Shown in pieces: positions 44,530-59,300 of a DNA stretch of 64,000 nt (position 1 is its first letter; the number at the start of each line of letters is the position of its first letter). Source of the DNA: the human T2T-CHM13v2.0 reference genome, Homo sapiens; NCBI RefSeq assembly GCF_009914755.1, contig NC_060931.1; one strand, given 5' to 3'. The notes under the pieces are model-generated. The model saw only the letters and a list, made by a program, of their open reading frames with translations. It had not been told where the DNA came from and did not search any database. Made by a program: the position numbers and the translations under genes.

Positions 44530-45945
44530 CCTTTACTCAATTTTAAGTGGTATTTTAAAACCAACCTTATGAGGGCCTAATTCTGATTTTCCAAATTTAA
44601 AAGGCACCTCCTTTTTCACTTATAGTAAATACTTTGCCAAGGCAGGAATGAGAGCTACCCTGAGAGTTCTCCCAGGACAAACTAAACGACCATTCACCAA
44701 TATGTACTATAGGTGGTGGAAGAACAAAAATGATTTTAACACTCACGTATTTTACTAGGATTTGTTAATTGTCTTCCCTCCACTCTCAGAAATTCCAACA
44801 CAGAGATAGAACATGAACTAAAGTAGAAAAATGATTGGTACTCATCAAAAAACAATACTTCAGCCTTTATTCTCCACTAGTATCTATTTGCAGTGTATAT
44901 TTGGTTAGGAAACTTGATCATAATCTTTAAATTACTGTGTGTTGGTAGTTGAAATCTGTTTCATTAAATGGCTGCAAAGGTGTATTTTCCCATTTTCTGA
45001 TTTATTGTAAAGACTTAAATGGTAGTATCCTATAATAATAGACTCCAGTAACAACAGTTTAAGAACTCTACATCAGAGAGACTGCATAAGTAAAATGGTA
45101 ATTACTAAATATGCACCCAAAATTTAAGGGAAAAAACAAGCTTCTTATAAAGATGTTTTAAAATTTGATTTTTTATTTCTCTACTTTTCATGCAGTGATT
45201 CATCTGAGTAAAACAAAATCAATTCCTAATTTTCAGAAAAATTAGAACTCTATAACATTTTATTTATCCTTTGATATGATTATTCTGGGATGGTAAGTCA
45301 ATGATACAAATTAAGTTTTATAAAAAAATTAACATATAGCTGAACAAAGCCAGAAAAAGTAATTCTCATTCTCAGTTGCGTATATGAAACTTCATTAACA
45401 CTTATTTCAGTATATTAACATTTGGAAGCAAATTTCTTGCCACATGTGAAACTTTGTTTCCTTTTATTGGAAATCCCACAGGTATTACTTGTTTCATATC
45501 AATAATTTAATTTCTAAGAGCAATTTAATGGCACATTGTTATGTGAACATTTCTAATTCTCCTCCTCCAATAAGTTGAATATGTGAAAGTATTTTACCTG
45601 GCCACATTTTACTATTTTAACTGCAAAAAACACAGGCAGTTCCCGCTTCCCTAAAATGACCCAGATGTCCAAAATACAACTTTTAGGCTCCGCTCTGCTT
45701 AAAGCCCAAGAAAAACAGAGCCAGGTCTGGGTGTCTATAGAGCTACTAGGGAGCCTAGCCTTAAGATGGAATTGTTTGTGTGTCCAGCTTGAAGAGTTAA
45801 TGATCATCAACTCATCAACATCAACTCATCATGTACTGTTAGAACTGCTGCCAAGTCACTGGTGTACAAGAGTTCTTCTAAGACTTGGAGCCACAAGCTT
45901 GTCTCCCAATTCAGGATCCCAGATGGAAGTAGCCCGGCACCTCAC

Positions 45946-46130
45946 CTGGTTCTATGCAGACTCTAACCCTGGTATTAGACCTAAGACTCTAGACGTTGAT
46001 TCTGACATGTCTTGGGCAACTGAAGTGAACTCTCCTGAACATGTGACCTAACAACATGAGCCCCTATGCTTAGAGCCCATGAATTTATGCCAGTCTCAAC
46101 TGGAAAAAGAGCTTGGGCTATTTGTTGCAC
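45946..46130 (-). other. Candidate - strand exon (coding status unknown)
   Basis: Branch-like cctaac, about 40 nt AG-free tract ending tctttacag|G at 46130, and donor CAG|gtgagg at 45946. Confidence 0.3.
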
Positions 46131-47903
46131 CTGTAAAGACATAAGTATGTGAAAATAAGAGTGAAGGGTTAGGCAGCCTTTTGTCCCAATTACTCCCACT
46201 GATTGTGCCGATTCCTGTTTACTCCCATTGGTTGTCATATCCAGGTGGGATGTCCTTGCATACTGTAAAACTGGTAACCTGTTATTTCTGACAATTTTAC
46301 ACAAATGTGGCATACCATGAATAAAATCCTGCCCCAAGATACATAATTACAGTAGAGAGAGCAAACAGTTCTCATTGTACAATGAAATTATAAATTAGGT
46401 GTTTCAAAGAGCTGACTAGAATGTCTCATATATGCAGCCAACCCCAGGCATGGCCTTCTTCCTAAGGCTGTGCCATGCTTCTTTTCTTCATTCTACAAAC
46501 AGTAATCATGTTGTTCCTGTTGAAATAGACTGCTTAAAATGACACTATTTGTTTTTAATGACATTATTTGTTTTAATGTTTTTAATGTTTCACTATATAA
46601 TTTCAAAGCAAGTCTTTCTCACTTGCTATTGATTTTATCCTTCTAGAATGAAAGCAAATGGAATTTCTAGGTCTCCAGATAAAAATTAAAACATAAAAAT
46701 TCTTTCAGACTATAAATATCAGTCCTTTGAAGAACAAATGTGCTCTGAACAATTTACGCCTTTAGATTTTGCACTTCAATTTTCTGAATAGATACAGAAA
46801 TATGAAATTCTGAGAAAAAATTCAGTCATAGCTGTAGTACTCTCAGAGGCATACACATTATGTGTGTGAAAATATGTCATTGAAAAAATGTTATTGAAAT
46901 CAATTGGCCCAGCTTCTTTTAATGGGTTATAAAAATAAGCCCAAAGTTTAAAGAAAGGAGAGGAAAGGCCAATTAGAAAAGATCATATTTTCTTACAAAT
47001 AAATGTAAAAGTGAGCTATTTAAAGCTCTTACCTTAGATAAAGGAATATAACATTGCTGTTAAACAGAAACCATGTAATTATACAATGAACACAAAATTG
47101 TAGTTGTGAGAAATGATATAATCAAAGGAAAGTGTAAAATTATAACAGAAAATGTGTTAATGATTATGAAACTGCAGAATGTTGGTTTTCAGAAAGCTTA
47201 TAATTGGTATCTGAAAACAGGCAGGTTCCTGAACATGGGAAAGTATCATCATCCCGTAACGTGATATAAGAGGAACAGAAGCAAATTCTTATAACTGTGT
47301 CTAGTGGTTTGACTTCTCCACATCTTCCAGAGAGCCCCAGAGAGGTCTGTGGTGGGACTGTATAGTGACTCATATTATTCTACATGTTTAGAATATCAGC
47401 TCCCATTTTCATCTCTAAAAGTTTATGTTCTACAATTCCATCAATTTACATTGAACCATTTTTATTAAGATCATTCTGATATATCATAATCATTACATTA
47501 TTTCCAACTTCTGCAGAACATATAGATACAAACCTCAATGTAAAATCATGTATGTGATTTTATGACACCTGCAGCTAGACCCTGTTTGTTTCATGTATAT
47601 GTTTGTTTTTCTCACTCCTTCCATCAGATACTCTAGAATAGCTATGCAGACCATTCAATGTAAGGAGAATGCTGGATGAATGAGTGAATTAACAAAGGAG
47701 ACCGTCTAAAATAGGCTAAAACATGAATATATAGATATTGCTCTTAAAGTAGAAGAACATGTACATTGAGGTATCTATTGATTTTTTTAAATTAAAATTA
47801 TATGTGTGTCACTTTCTCTGTCCTATAAGGCTGGGGATTTCTTGAGCCTATAGAATCTTGAATCATTTAGCTATGTTATCCCATCATTTAGCCCAGCGAC
47901 TGT

Positions 47904-48208
47904 TGTAATAGACTGCTAGCATTCACCAAAGATCTATTTTTTTTTTCTTTCTTGGGCTCATAACTAGATTGCATTTGCCAGCATCCTTTGCAGTTAGGTC
48001 CAGCCATAGGACTTGTTCTCAGCAGCAAATGTGTGTCATTTCTAGGCTATGCTCTGACGGCATGCCTGTCCATTCTATGTTCTCTTTTTCCTTTCACCTG
48101 GTGGATGCAGAAGACAATGAAGCCCCAAGGGTAGCAGAGCCATAGAACAGAAGGGGATCAGTCCCAGAATCAGCTGGGAAGAACTGCCCACTGACCAGGA
48201 AAATCTGC
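47904..48208 (+). mobile_element. MLT1J-like old LTR fragment
   Basis: ctagattgcatttgccagcatcctttgcagttagg and gtagcagagccataga motifs. Confidence 0.7.
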
Positions 48209-50886
48209 CTGGTGAGGGAGAGCCAAGAGATGCACTTAAGGAATAAAATGTAAGGAGGCACTTTCTCTCCAGTTTACTTTTTTCTTGAGTTCACTTCTTT
48301 AAACAACATTTTTAACATAATATGGTTATTGAGAAAGATCCCTACTGAGAAACAAGAGGCTCTGAACCATTTCATGAAGTTTCCAGTGGCCCTATACAGC
48401 TCTAATCTGAGTTGAGAATTAATCTTAATTATGTCAATTTATGTCCTGCGGGTTTGCAGAGTGTGTGCTACCATAATTACCACTGGATAGGTAGAAAACT
48501 AAACTCTCTGACACTCAGAGTTCAAAATTCATGGGCAGACTGTGGAATAAAAGAAGTAGCTACTTTAGAGCCTAATACGTATTACTTTTAAAAGACTTAT
48601 TATTTAATGTAAACATTTACGTGATTCATATACATTATACTTCTTAAAACTGACAGCATTGACCTGGAAGACAGAGTCACATTTCACATATATTAAGTGA
48701 ACACCTTGACGGTTAGTAGCTTGAAATGCATCTTAAAAATAAAAGTTTTTAAGTATAAAAATGTTAGAGAGATAAAAATTAGGATGTAAATTAAAATTCT
48801 TTCTTTATATCCCCACTAAAAATGCAAACATTTTTTCTTACTTTTCCAATAATGTTTTCCTTTATTTTGTGATTAGAAAGGTTTTACATATATATGCTTT
48901 TTTAAATATGAAAATCATAGAATAAACTGATCCATAGGATTCACCGATTCACTTTTTAGGAGTTATTATTTATATTATATATATATGTTATTTTAGTATA
49001 TATAAATACATTGTTTATATATGTATATATGCGTGTGTATATTTATGTTAAAAATAAAATTGGCATCAGACTTATCAACATAGATTTGATTATTTTTTCA
49101 CATTTAATTATAATAGCAACACTTTTTCATGTCATTAAATAATCTACACAATTATCATTTTAATAGGTGCCTAAAATTCCCTGTTTGAATTTCCCCCGTT
49201 TAGTTCCTCTCCTGTTTAAATTTACATTATCAGTTTTACTGTAATAGTTTAAAGTAAATATTTATGTATATTTCTGATTATTTCCAGAGGTAAGCATTCT
49301 AGATTTGGAGTTAATGGGTTACAAAATGTGACTATCTCTAAGCTAATTTCTAAAAATTACCTTATATTCCCTCAAGCACTGCATAAGTGTACTGGTCTCC
49401 CCATACTCTAACCAGCTTTTAGTATTAACATTTCTTGATATTTGTTAGTTTGATAGGTAATGACTATCTCATATACTTGTTTTTGTTAGCAATTCTTTGC
49501 TTATTAACCTTAAAAACAATTATTTTGCTTTCATAAATTGCTTCTTCACATCATTTGCTCATTCTGCCTCCCCCTCCAACCTTTTCTTTATTGGGATGTA
49601 TTTCTTTTGTGCAATTTAAAAGTACTCACTGTATATTAAATGAATTAGCTTTTAAGATATCATATATATTTCAATTATCTTAGTTCAAGATGCCACTTAT
49701 TTTATCATATAGTTTCAAATTTTTGGATAATCATATTTATTTCAACTTTCCTCCCTAATATATTTCCTTGTTTTTATGTTTAGAATGTTCTTCTCTAATG
49801 TAAGATAACAGAATTATTTATTCTCATATGTTTTGTCCATGTGCCTTTTAATTTTCTTTTGTTTTCCTTTAGCTTTTAAAATACATCTATTTTAGCATAA
49901 GAACTGGTCATGTAACTCTTCATGCATGCAAGTCCCTTGTCATATGTATTTTCCAAGCTCTTCTGCTTTGTGGTAGAGACATAGTGACCAGCACAACTAA
50001 TCGAACATGGCAGCAACATGTGATCTCAATGCAGTGAAATTAGGTCATCAGGAGTCATCTATTTTTACACCAAAATCTTTTTTCTTAGAAGCTTAGTATA
50101 GAGCACTATCCATTCGGCCTGTGTCTCATTTCCCTTGTTTTGTTCCTTTAGTCTTTGTCTTAAGGCCCAGATTTTCCTTTTGGATTTTACTGGCTGAAAA
50201 GAAGGCTGTCATCTTCTCATATTCAGTGGGCTCAAGATGTTTGTGAGAGGCATGTCCTGAGACAAATCCCCAAATCTGTCAATGTCACTGTAGCCTGTGA
50301 TTTCCTGGATAAAAAGCAGCCAAGAATAATTGAACAGTGTAAGCTTTGGAGAAGTATTCCGTAATACTGTTTTTCATCAGTGATGAATTCATTTGGACAG
50401 GAAGTTGTTTTCCCTAAACCTAAACCAATTACTTTCATACCAGGAAAAGCCTTTCTAGCACCAGCAAAATCCCACCCATGGAAAATTCATGTTCATAATC
50501 TCCCTTTAAATGATTGTGAAATTTAAATGTAGGTTTTCTATTAGTTCATTTAAACTGTCAATCTAAAATACTGAGATTATCTAATTTTTTTCTTAAACTA
50601 ATTATTCTTTGATTCAGTGCACATAGTATTATGGAAACTACAAGTAAAAAAGAATTGATTATAGCAAAATACAGATGTAAGGAGATAAAACACTTTATGA
50701 ATATAGCTTACTTGTTACTGCCTTAGGGCTCAGATCAAATTTCTTTATCTAAGAACCCTAAATTGGCCAAGCTATTCCATGTTCAAAATATTTCCTTCAC
50801 TTAACAAATCTCAAGAAACTGCTGTTTTCCTACCACCTTATTCAGAATAACAAAATCTGACATCTTCAATTCACTAGTATTATTTC

Positions 50887-51199
50887 TTTTTTTTTTCTTT
50901 TCTTTTTTTTTTTTTTTGGGAGATGGAGCCTCACTCTGTGGCCCAGACTGGAGTGCAGAGGCACAATCTTGGCTCACTGCAAACTCTGCCTCCCCGGTTC
51001 AGGCAATTCTGCTGCCTCAGCCTCCTGAGTATCTGGAATTACAGGTGCATGCTACCATACCTGGCTAATTTTTTATTTTCAGTAGAGATGTGGTTTCATC
51101 ATGTTGGCCAGGCTGGTCTCAAACTCCTGACCTCAAGAGATCTGCCCACCTCAGCCTCCCAAAGTGCTGGGATTACAGGCGTGAGCCACTGTGCCCGCC
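50887..51199 (-). mobile_element. AluS (Sz-like)
   Basis: Full dimer; perfect 17-bp TSD ttcactagtattatttc at 50870-50886 and 51204-51220. Confidence 0.95.
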
Positions 51200-52548
51200 A
51201 TAGTTCACTAGTATTATTTCAATTCCTACAGGAATTACCAGGACTGGGGCTTATTTCCCAGGGGCTGGGTTCAGTTGCTTCACTGCCAGGGTTGTAGAGA
51301 GCATCTTGTGGCTAGGAAAAGATTAGGTACAATCATTATATTATAGGAAATGCACACCCTAGATACACAACCGAAAAGCTGTAGATACAAGTGCAGTGCT
51401 TCTAGAAGAGAGCCTATCAGCAGAGGTTTTCCCAATGTATCTTTTGGGAATTTGTAGATTATACTCTAGTTTAAGAACTCTGAATTATTTAAAGGACCCT
51501 AATTCTTGACTGCTGAAACTGTGGTTCCTCTATGTGCTAGTAAGTTGTATTTTCAAAATTCATGCATCTAATCCAGTCTTAGAATAGAAGCTGCAGCAAA
51601 TATTAAGCACTTGCCTTAAAAAGATCCTAGGTAAAGATTAATAGATCAAAATGTTCTCCAACTATCATACATCTGGCTGAAGATTGTTCATTTGTGTTAA
51701 TCATACTAATATTGTATTAGTGTTCCATCTATTTACATATTCAAAGTCTTTAGAAGAATATTTTAGTCGCATATATTTGATCAAATGAAAAATACAGGAA
51801 AATATATGTGAGTGCAGCAAAGGCTGTCAGAGAAAATAGAAATTGTGAACTTGTGTTCATGAACCACGTTGCTTTATCTTAGTAAAAGCCCATTTTTCTC
51901 GACCCTTTCCTTTTTTCCCGCTATCCTTCTCTTCAATAAACAGACATGCCTATGGGGAACAGGAAGAAGGGCTCCCACCAAATGATACATATTGCAGAAC
52001 TACAGAACAACTATGTTACCAATATGTGTAGTATTACTGAATTAGTACAATCACATTTCAACTTTCTGTTGTTTGTATATAAAAAACTTTATAAGGTATA
52101 CATACACATTAAAATAAATGTTTATATGTAAAAATAAATACTTTGAAAGGGGAAAATCAATTATGCTTTGAAGAGTAATCATTCTATTTTTTTATCCAAA
52201 AAAACAAAGTCATAGTGCTGACTTTGCATTTTATCTTTAGAGTTACAAAAGCTATCTTCAAAGGCAAGCAATTTACAGCTCACAGTTAACATATACTCCA
52301 AGGAATAGATGTACAGAACAGCAGCATAATAAAATCCTTGCCCTGTGGCTTCACTGCAGAATTCCCTAAATGCAAACTGCAATGATTAATATAGCATTCC
52401 TTAACTGATTTTCAGAAATAGTATATTCCCTTGTCATGATATACATTGTAACTCCTAGTACTTTTAAATAAATTTGTTCCATTGGATTCAAGTAAATTTA
52501 CCTTACAGTTAAAAAGAATTTTACTAAAATGACACATGAACTATAGTG

Positions 52549-52639
52549 TACATACTATAATTATATGGTATGTTCTAATACTATAGTTATGTGGTATGTC
52601 CTACATACTGTAGTTATATAGTATGTTCTACATACTATA
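52549..52639. repeat. 27-bp minisatellite, about 3.4 copies
   Basis: Unit approximately tacatactatagttatatggtatgttc. Confidence 0.85.
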
Positions 52640-52917
52640 TGTTGTACAAGCACAGCTATCCTGATGTTGAGCAGTTTTTTAGAAGAGCCTGCCTCAGTTA
52701 CACTGGTCACATTCAATGTAATGTGAAGTGCCAGCTCTCAATATGACAGATCTTGATTTTAATCATGGAGATACACAGGATTAGTTATGGGTATATTTAA
52801 CATATTTTTATGTATTTTGTTTAAAGTCACATAATCCTAGGATCATCAGAGGATATTTTTATTATATTTAAGTAGGAATTTTCAAAGATTTTTACATCCA
52901 TTCTTCACAGAGTATTA

Positions 52918-52984
52918 TGCCATAACAAATACAAATGTTTAAAACTTACAGTGCCATAACAAATACAAATGTTTAAAACTTACA
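52918..52984 (+). repeat. Perfect 33-bp tandem duplication (period 34)
   Basis: tgccataacaaatacaaatgtttaaaacttaca at 52918-52950 and 52952-52984. Confidence 0.95.
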
Positions 52985-53459
52985 ACACCCCAGCAAATAA
53001 TGTTGATTTGTGTATAGATACACATGCCACATGCAATCTTTTCCATTTGAGCATAGGCCATGGTTAATACCTACACAAATCAGTTCTCAAGTCTATTGTT
53101 TTAATAGCACTTGCTATCAACTGTGCAGTCTCACAGCAAAATTTATTGAATAAATAATTGGAAGGATATGCTGTTTCTCTCATTCTGGCAATATCAGTTT
53201 TCAGGCAGGAGATAGAATGTCCAAACTTGAGGAGTGGCAAAGAATGTGGGCTTGTTTCCAGCTGTCATTTTCTAACACGTTACTGTGCCATATTGCCTGT
53301 TTGTTATTTGTTGACTTTTAATTAAGTTGGAAAAAAGGCACATGCCCTCAGTCTTTTGAAGTTGGTTGGATGCCAGGGTAGCTTTAGGGATAAAAGTCCA
53401 AACTTAGATACAAAGCACAAATAATGACATATCCAAAATAACAGTAATTAAAAAAATGA

Positions 53460-53528
53460 ATGATTACTATATTGGTACTCTATTATAAACATGGATGATT
53501 ACTATATTGGTATTCTACTGTAAACATG
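53460..53528 (+). repeat. 35-bp-period tandem duplication with 3 mismatches
   Basis: atgattactatattggta(c/t)tcta(t/c)t(a/g)taaacatg, two copies. Confidence 0.9.
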
Positions 53529-54486
53529 CTAAGATTTTTTAAAATGACACCTATATAGAAACAATAATATAAACTTATTACTACATGTTTACTGATCAGT
53601 TTGGGCCTCCACACGTGATGAACAGAAAGTCTTTAAAAGTTAAAGATATAAGAAAAGGAATAAAAAATGGCTTTTCTAAATACAAACATAAAAATTTGAT
53701 AAATGACTTAACTAAATTTAATTAAAGTATGCCTCAACCACACTAAATATCCCCCACCAAATAAAGAATAAACTTAAATTTTTAAGGAAGATTTAAATTA
53801 AGGATAAAATAATATTCATGGTTGCAAATATTGTGAACATTAGACATGGCTGTGTCAAAATTTTCAAACACATGATTCTACAAAACTCTGACATACTTTT
53901 AGCTGTCCTAGAACTTTGTATTAAGCAGATATCCTTTTTAGTTCTTTTTTTAAGGCTCTATAGTTCTAGGAAAATAGCTATAAAAATATAATCTTAAAAA
54001 TCTAAGATTATGTTTTAATGAAATGACTATTAGTTGCAATGAACTAATAAATTTTTTAAAATTGCAATTTTAATAGTAACCATGAAATTATAGAGATATT
54101 AGAAAACTATTATCTCATCTACTTTGGTCCTCCCATTTTTCATTGAAAACTGAAGTTCAGAGACAGAGGGAGGGACATAGGAAGGCCAAAACTTTCATTT
54201 CATGTTTGTCTGTTACACAAATTATTGTAAAAATAGCTTACATGATATCTGATTTAATCCTCCTACCACTTATTTAAACAATATTACTTTCCATAGTTTA
54301 AAAATGAGAAAATAGAAGCTCAGAGAGGGTAAGGTAATTTATTCAATGTCACACAGCCATTGGCAAAATTAGGACCAGAATCTTGTATCCTCTAAGTCCG
54401 GTGTTTTTTAATAAACCTAGTATTTTAACAGGAAAATGAACTACTACTATTATTTCCACTATTTGTTTCATTTAAAAATGTTTTCA

Positions 54487-54606
54487 GGCTGGGCGCAGTG
54501 GCTCACACCTGTAAACCTAGAACTTTGGGAGGCTGAGGCAGGCGCATTGCTTGAGCCCAGGAGTTCAAGACCGGCCTGGGCAACATAGCAAGACCCCATC
54601 TCTAAG
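54487..54606 (+). mobile_element. FLAM_C / Alu left monomer
   Basis: Single monomer; TSD aaaatgttttca at 54475-54486 and 54607-54618. Confidence 0.9.
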
Positions 54607-54669
54607 AAAATGTTTTCAGTGTCTATTGACTTACAGTACTCTATAAATTCCATAACTTTCCATGGGTAA

Positions 54670-54890
54670 TATTATAGAGTGAATAAAACAAGAATGGCTT
54701 GTTCAAACTTTGGTTCTACCCCAGGCTACTGTGTGACCTTAGATAAATCACTTAGGTACCCTGTTCCTCAGTTTACACATCCATAACATGGAGATAAAAA
54801 TGCCACCTATTTTATTGGGTATGAAGATTAAATGTGATTAACCATATAAAGTGCTTAGAACAGTGCCTAACACACAGACACACACTCACT
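54670..54890 (+). mobile_element. MIR SINE
   Basis: ctgtgtgaccttagataaatcactta..cctcagttt; aaagtgcttagaacagtgcct. Confidence 0.8.
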
Positions 54891-56149
54891 CATCTGTACA
54901 TATTATGCACCTGAAAATATTGTCATTGTTCATGTTGCTAGTTCTATCCAATGTATAATAAAAATTAGAGGAAATCTTAAATAGTGTTAATGCAGCAAAG
55001 ACTGAAGTCCAAAGAATAGCCCAAAAGTTTTTTGTTTTCATGTATTCATTACTTGTATGTTTACTGCTTTCTCTCTATGTCAAGTTTATTAGTAGTATGT
55101 AAAAAGGGAGATTTAGTGCATGTTTTCTTCGTATTTAGTGACTCAATATATCAGCTGTTAGTTTTTTGAATACATGACAATTTTCATATATAACATGTAA
55201 AATACAGTTGAAATGTAGACATCTTGGAAAACCTTTCTTGCTTTTTTTTTAAAAAAGAAAACTTGATAGTAATCCCTTTAAAATTATTTAAAAAGCACTT
55301 CTGGATAAAGTATAGAAATATATATTTTAGGTGCAAAAAAATAACCACAGTCAAAATTTTATGAACTCTTTCCAGAAAGCACAGTATTGAATTCCAGTTA
55401 AATTTTTGTTTCAAATAAACATTTTGAAACTAGGCCACATCCTGCACTATGCCTGCCAAAAATGAAAATTTCAAAATCTAAACTGTGTGTTCTACTTCCG
55501 AAGCCACACAGAAATCATCTTACATTTAATCTAGTCAACTTAAAAATGACTACTGAGACTTTAGAGAAAAGATATTTTCAAAATATAAAGTAAGTACAAA
55601 GTAAATCTGATAAGTCAACATTAAATCCGACAGATGACTATATTGTATAAAACAAAAGCAGCTGCAATGACATAGAGTAGTGTATGATATGAATTTCTAC
55701 ATGTGAAAACTGCGATATTAAACATGGAAACCTGCAGCATTTTGGCACCTGCTGGAATTTAGTGACAAGAAGCCAGAGGTATTTTCAAGGGCCAAGAAGA
55801 TAATGGGAAAAGGCTCTACTTAACTCTCCTGTCTATAGGGATGACAATGTTAATGTTTACATAAAGAACTAATTATAGCCACCTGCTTCTCGAACTGTCT
55901 GACAGTCTAGCCCTATGACTACAACAGCTGGAAAAATGACACCTGGCAAGGATACAGCAACCATGCGTTTCACTCCTAATTTTTCTACCTATCATAGGTA
56001 GCCTCTTATATAGTCTTATTAATATTTGTATTGATAAACAGAACTTTGATCAAGGCAAATAGTAAATAAGACCAAATAGTCTTCCCTGTTCATAGGCTTC
56101 TGCATTAATTTATGTCTCAAATATTCCTCTCCTTCCCCTTCTCCTACTT

Positions 56150-56307
56150 ATTTCTGTTTAGAGACAAGATCTCACTCTGTCACCCAGGCTAGAGTACAGT
56201 GGCACAATCATAGGTCACTGCAGCCTTGAACTCCTGGCTTCAAATGGTCCTCCTGCCTCGGCCTCCCAAAGTTCTGGGATTACAGGTGTGACCCACCGTG
56301 TTCAGCC
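56150..56307 (-). mobile_element. Alu monomer (FRAM/FAM-like or internally deleted AluJ)
   Basis: gagacaagatctcactctgtcacccaggct ... gattacaggtgtgacccacc. Confidence 0.85.
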
Positions 56308-59300
56308 TTTAACATTTCTTCTTGAGTTATATGAATACATTTTTCTTTTCAGAAACTACAGTGCCATTACTGTCTTCATCACACAAATTTGTATATTTCC
56401 CAAGAGCAATCTCTCATTCTAGGAAACATATGTTTTTCAAAAAAGCCAGACCACCCTTAGACCCAGGCCCCTGAGCTAGGCCCAATGCTGTTCTTTCTCC
56501 TGTCACAACTTTCCAAGGAGTTAAGAATCCATGGGGCCCAGGATACCCACCCAAAGCTCATATCCCTCTATATAGACTATTCTCCAGGTAGCTGGAACTC
56601 CCAAATTCCCTGTCTAATTAACCTGGGCATTACTTCCAAGCATTTTCCTTAGGTCCACCTTCCTAAGGGGAACGTTCTTACCCATATGTGTCCTCCTAGG
56701 CCCAAAGGAGACCAAAGGAGATATTTTTTAGAGATCTTTAGTATGGTTGGAGACTGGTCATGCAGGCTCAGGTGCCGACATGAGTGCATGGGTCTCCTCC
56801 TGGTGCTAGATGAAGCCAGGATAGGAAGGGAAAAGGAGCTGGCCATGGACCAAACTTGGGGCAGGAGGGTCATATTCCAGCATGAATCTAACTACAAGGT
56901 GTCAGAAAATTCTAAATTTGAACCTAGCCTTCCTAGTAATTGGAAAGTTGTATTTGCTAAGACAAGAGACATATCAGATATAATTTTGCAGCTTGTTAGT
57001 TTGATTTATAACTTTAAATATTTAAACTTACAATATCCTTATAGTATCCATTTGTTCTTGACACAGCCATGCAAATGTTAGGGGTTAGCGTGAAGGAGGC
57101 CAAAGGGTTTAGCTGTTCAAAATGTTATCATTCATAAAGTAAATCAGGGAACCTTGTTCTTCCTTCTCTGCATGTCAAAATTCAACTTTTTCTCTCAGGT
57201 TTGAGTGAATATGAAAAGAATAGCTGAGTATTCAGACAGCATTGGCCAAATTCCATAGTGTATAATTCAGAAAAAGAGAGTGATCCTTATTAATACTTAC
57301 TACTATGAGCTTCACCTTTGGAAACAAAAGTTCAAACAGTACCCTAACTCCACTGTTTACTCTACAGTCCATTGCACATTTTCCTCCATGCCCCAAGAGT
57401 GCTAGTATGTTTCTTGTTATATTTGTAGAGAGATTACCATTGTACCTAGGCCTTTAGCAATGCAAGTTCTGAACTTAAATGAGTTCCATGGGACCTGAAG
57501 CAAATTAAAAAACAAATTCAATGTCAGGAGTAATTTTAGACTCTAAACTTTTAAGTTCCACATAAATCACTTAAGTAAACTGGGTCAGAGAAAATATCCT
57601 TTTCTTGATGATTGACTGAGCTAATATATTTGAGAGCCCAAAATATCCTTTGTTCTGATAAGAGACACATCATATTCCCCTCTAGGGTGCTCCACCCTGG
57701 AGCAAAAATGACCTTGTAACCACAACACAAAAAAAAAAAAAAAAAAAATGGAGCCCTTTGCAGTTTATGACAAAATAAGAATAACTTAAGCCACCAAATC
57801 ATGTTGAGGATAAAAGATTTCTTTCCTCAGTCTTATGCATTTGACTCTATAGAATACTCGAATAAATATTTAAGAATTTTACAAAGTTAATAACCTCAAA
57901 GTTTCCTGTGTAAATTCTATCAATGAGTATATTTTTAAGGAAGTTTTCCGGGTTGATAGGTTTTTTTGGCAATTGAAATCCCTATTTAACAGATTTAAAT
58001 AAAGACAAAGTACAAATAGGAGACTGCAAATAGTAGCATGTTAGAGTACAAGAGGATATTGCAGCCAAGATAATAAGAGACCTGGAAAACATTTCAAATA
58101 ATGTAAAATATTTGAAGACTTATAATGCGGGTGAAGTGTTAATTTTGCATTATTTCAATCATAAATGTAACTAGAGCCTGAGAGGGGCAAGGTACAAGAA
58201 TGTAGTTCTTTCTTAACTATATTTCAACAACTAGAGTTATTGAAAATGAGACTACTATTTTCTAGGCAGTCATTGCCTATCAGTGAAAGAATAGAGATTT
58301 GGTTGCATTGTAAATTGTCAGACACATTTAGAAAAGAATCTCTTCAAAGGTTGGGAGGCTGAACCAGGAAACTTTGAGTTTATGTCAATAAACAGGTTCT
58401 GTGATTCATAGCTAATGAGTTCCTGTAAAAAGGCAATATAATCATTTTTTCATCTTCCAGGGTCTGAATTTTCTACTTTTGAGTTACATAAGGATCTCCT
58501 ATATTCGTCTTTATCTTCCCTTGTTCAACAAATATTTATTGAGTGCCAACTATTTGTAAAGCTCTGCGTAAAAGGCTGTGAAGAAAACAGAAATGAACCT
58601 TATTTAGACTTTTTAATAAAGATGCCCCAAAGAAAGCTGAAAAGGAAGTTAAAATTTAAATCAGTTAATGCAATTTTCCAGAAGTGTCTATTAAAGGCAG
58701 GACTGAGGTGAGGATTTATGGGATAAAAAAGTAAAATAGAAGTCACATGTTAATACCAGCTTTCTAAAATACCTATGGTCTCCTAATTGTCCAAGTACCC
58801 CTCCCCTATGTCACAGTAGGACCAATGATTTTGAAATAATTTTGCCTCTTGGCTTAGAAAGATGGATTATTAAAGAAAAACACATACATTTTACTAATAA
58901 GAACAGGGATAAAATTTTTCTATGCGTTTTGTAAAATGTAATAACAGTGCAAAAAGAACTTGCTTCAGAATCAAAATGATGAATTTTACATTTGTAAAAC
59001 CTTGACCTGATATTCATACCCATGCCTATTCAGAACTGATGACTGGCTAGTAAAGATAAATCTTGGAGTGAAACTGGCATCTGAACTGCCACGTTAAAGA
59101 AAACCTTCACATGGCTATTTTTCCAGATCAGCCACGTGATTCTTACAAACCCTGAAAGATATATTATCTCAGCTCCTAGCCTTAATCAGTCCCTATGGCT
59201 CACTATGAACTTTTCCCTTTCTAGCATCCAGATTTTTGACATACTAAAGAGTTTCTGATGTAAAAACAAGAGTTCCCTCTGAAACATATAAGTTAGCAGG

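Noticed and set aside
52549-53528. 27-35 bp repeats as a CRISPR-like array
   Set aside because: Head-to-tail copies without unique spacers, three unrelated units, no cas genes, primate context
56649-57081. 131-aa and 74-aa ORFs in a GC-richer patch
   Set aside because: No recognisable domain or exon structure; possibly an old repeat
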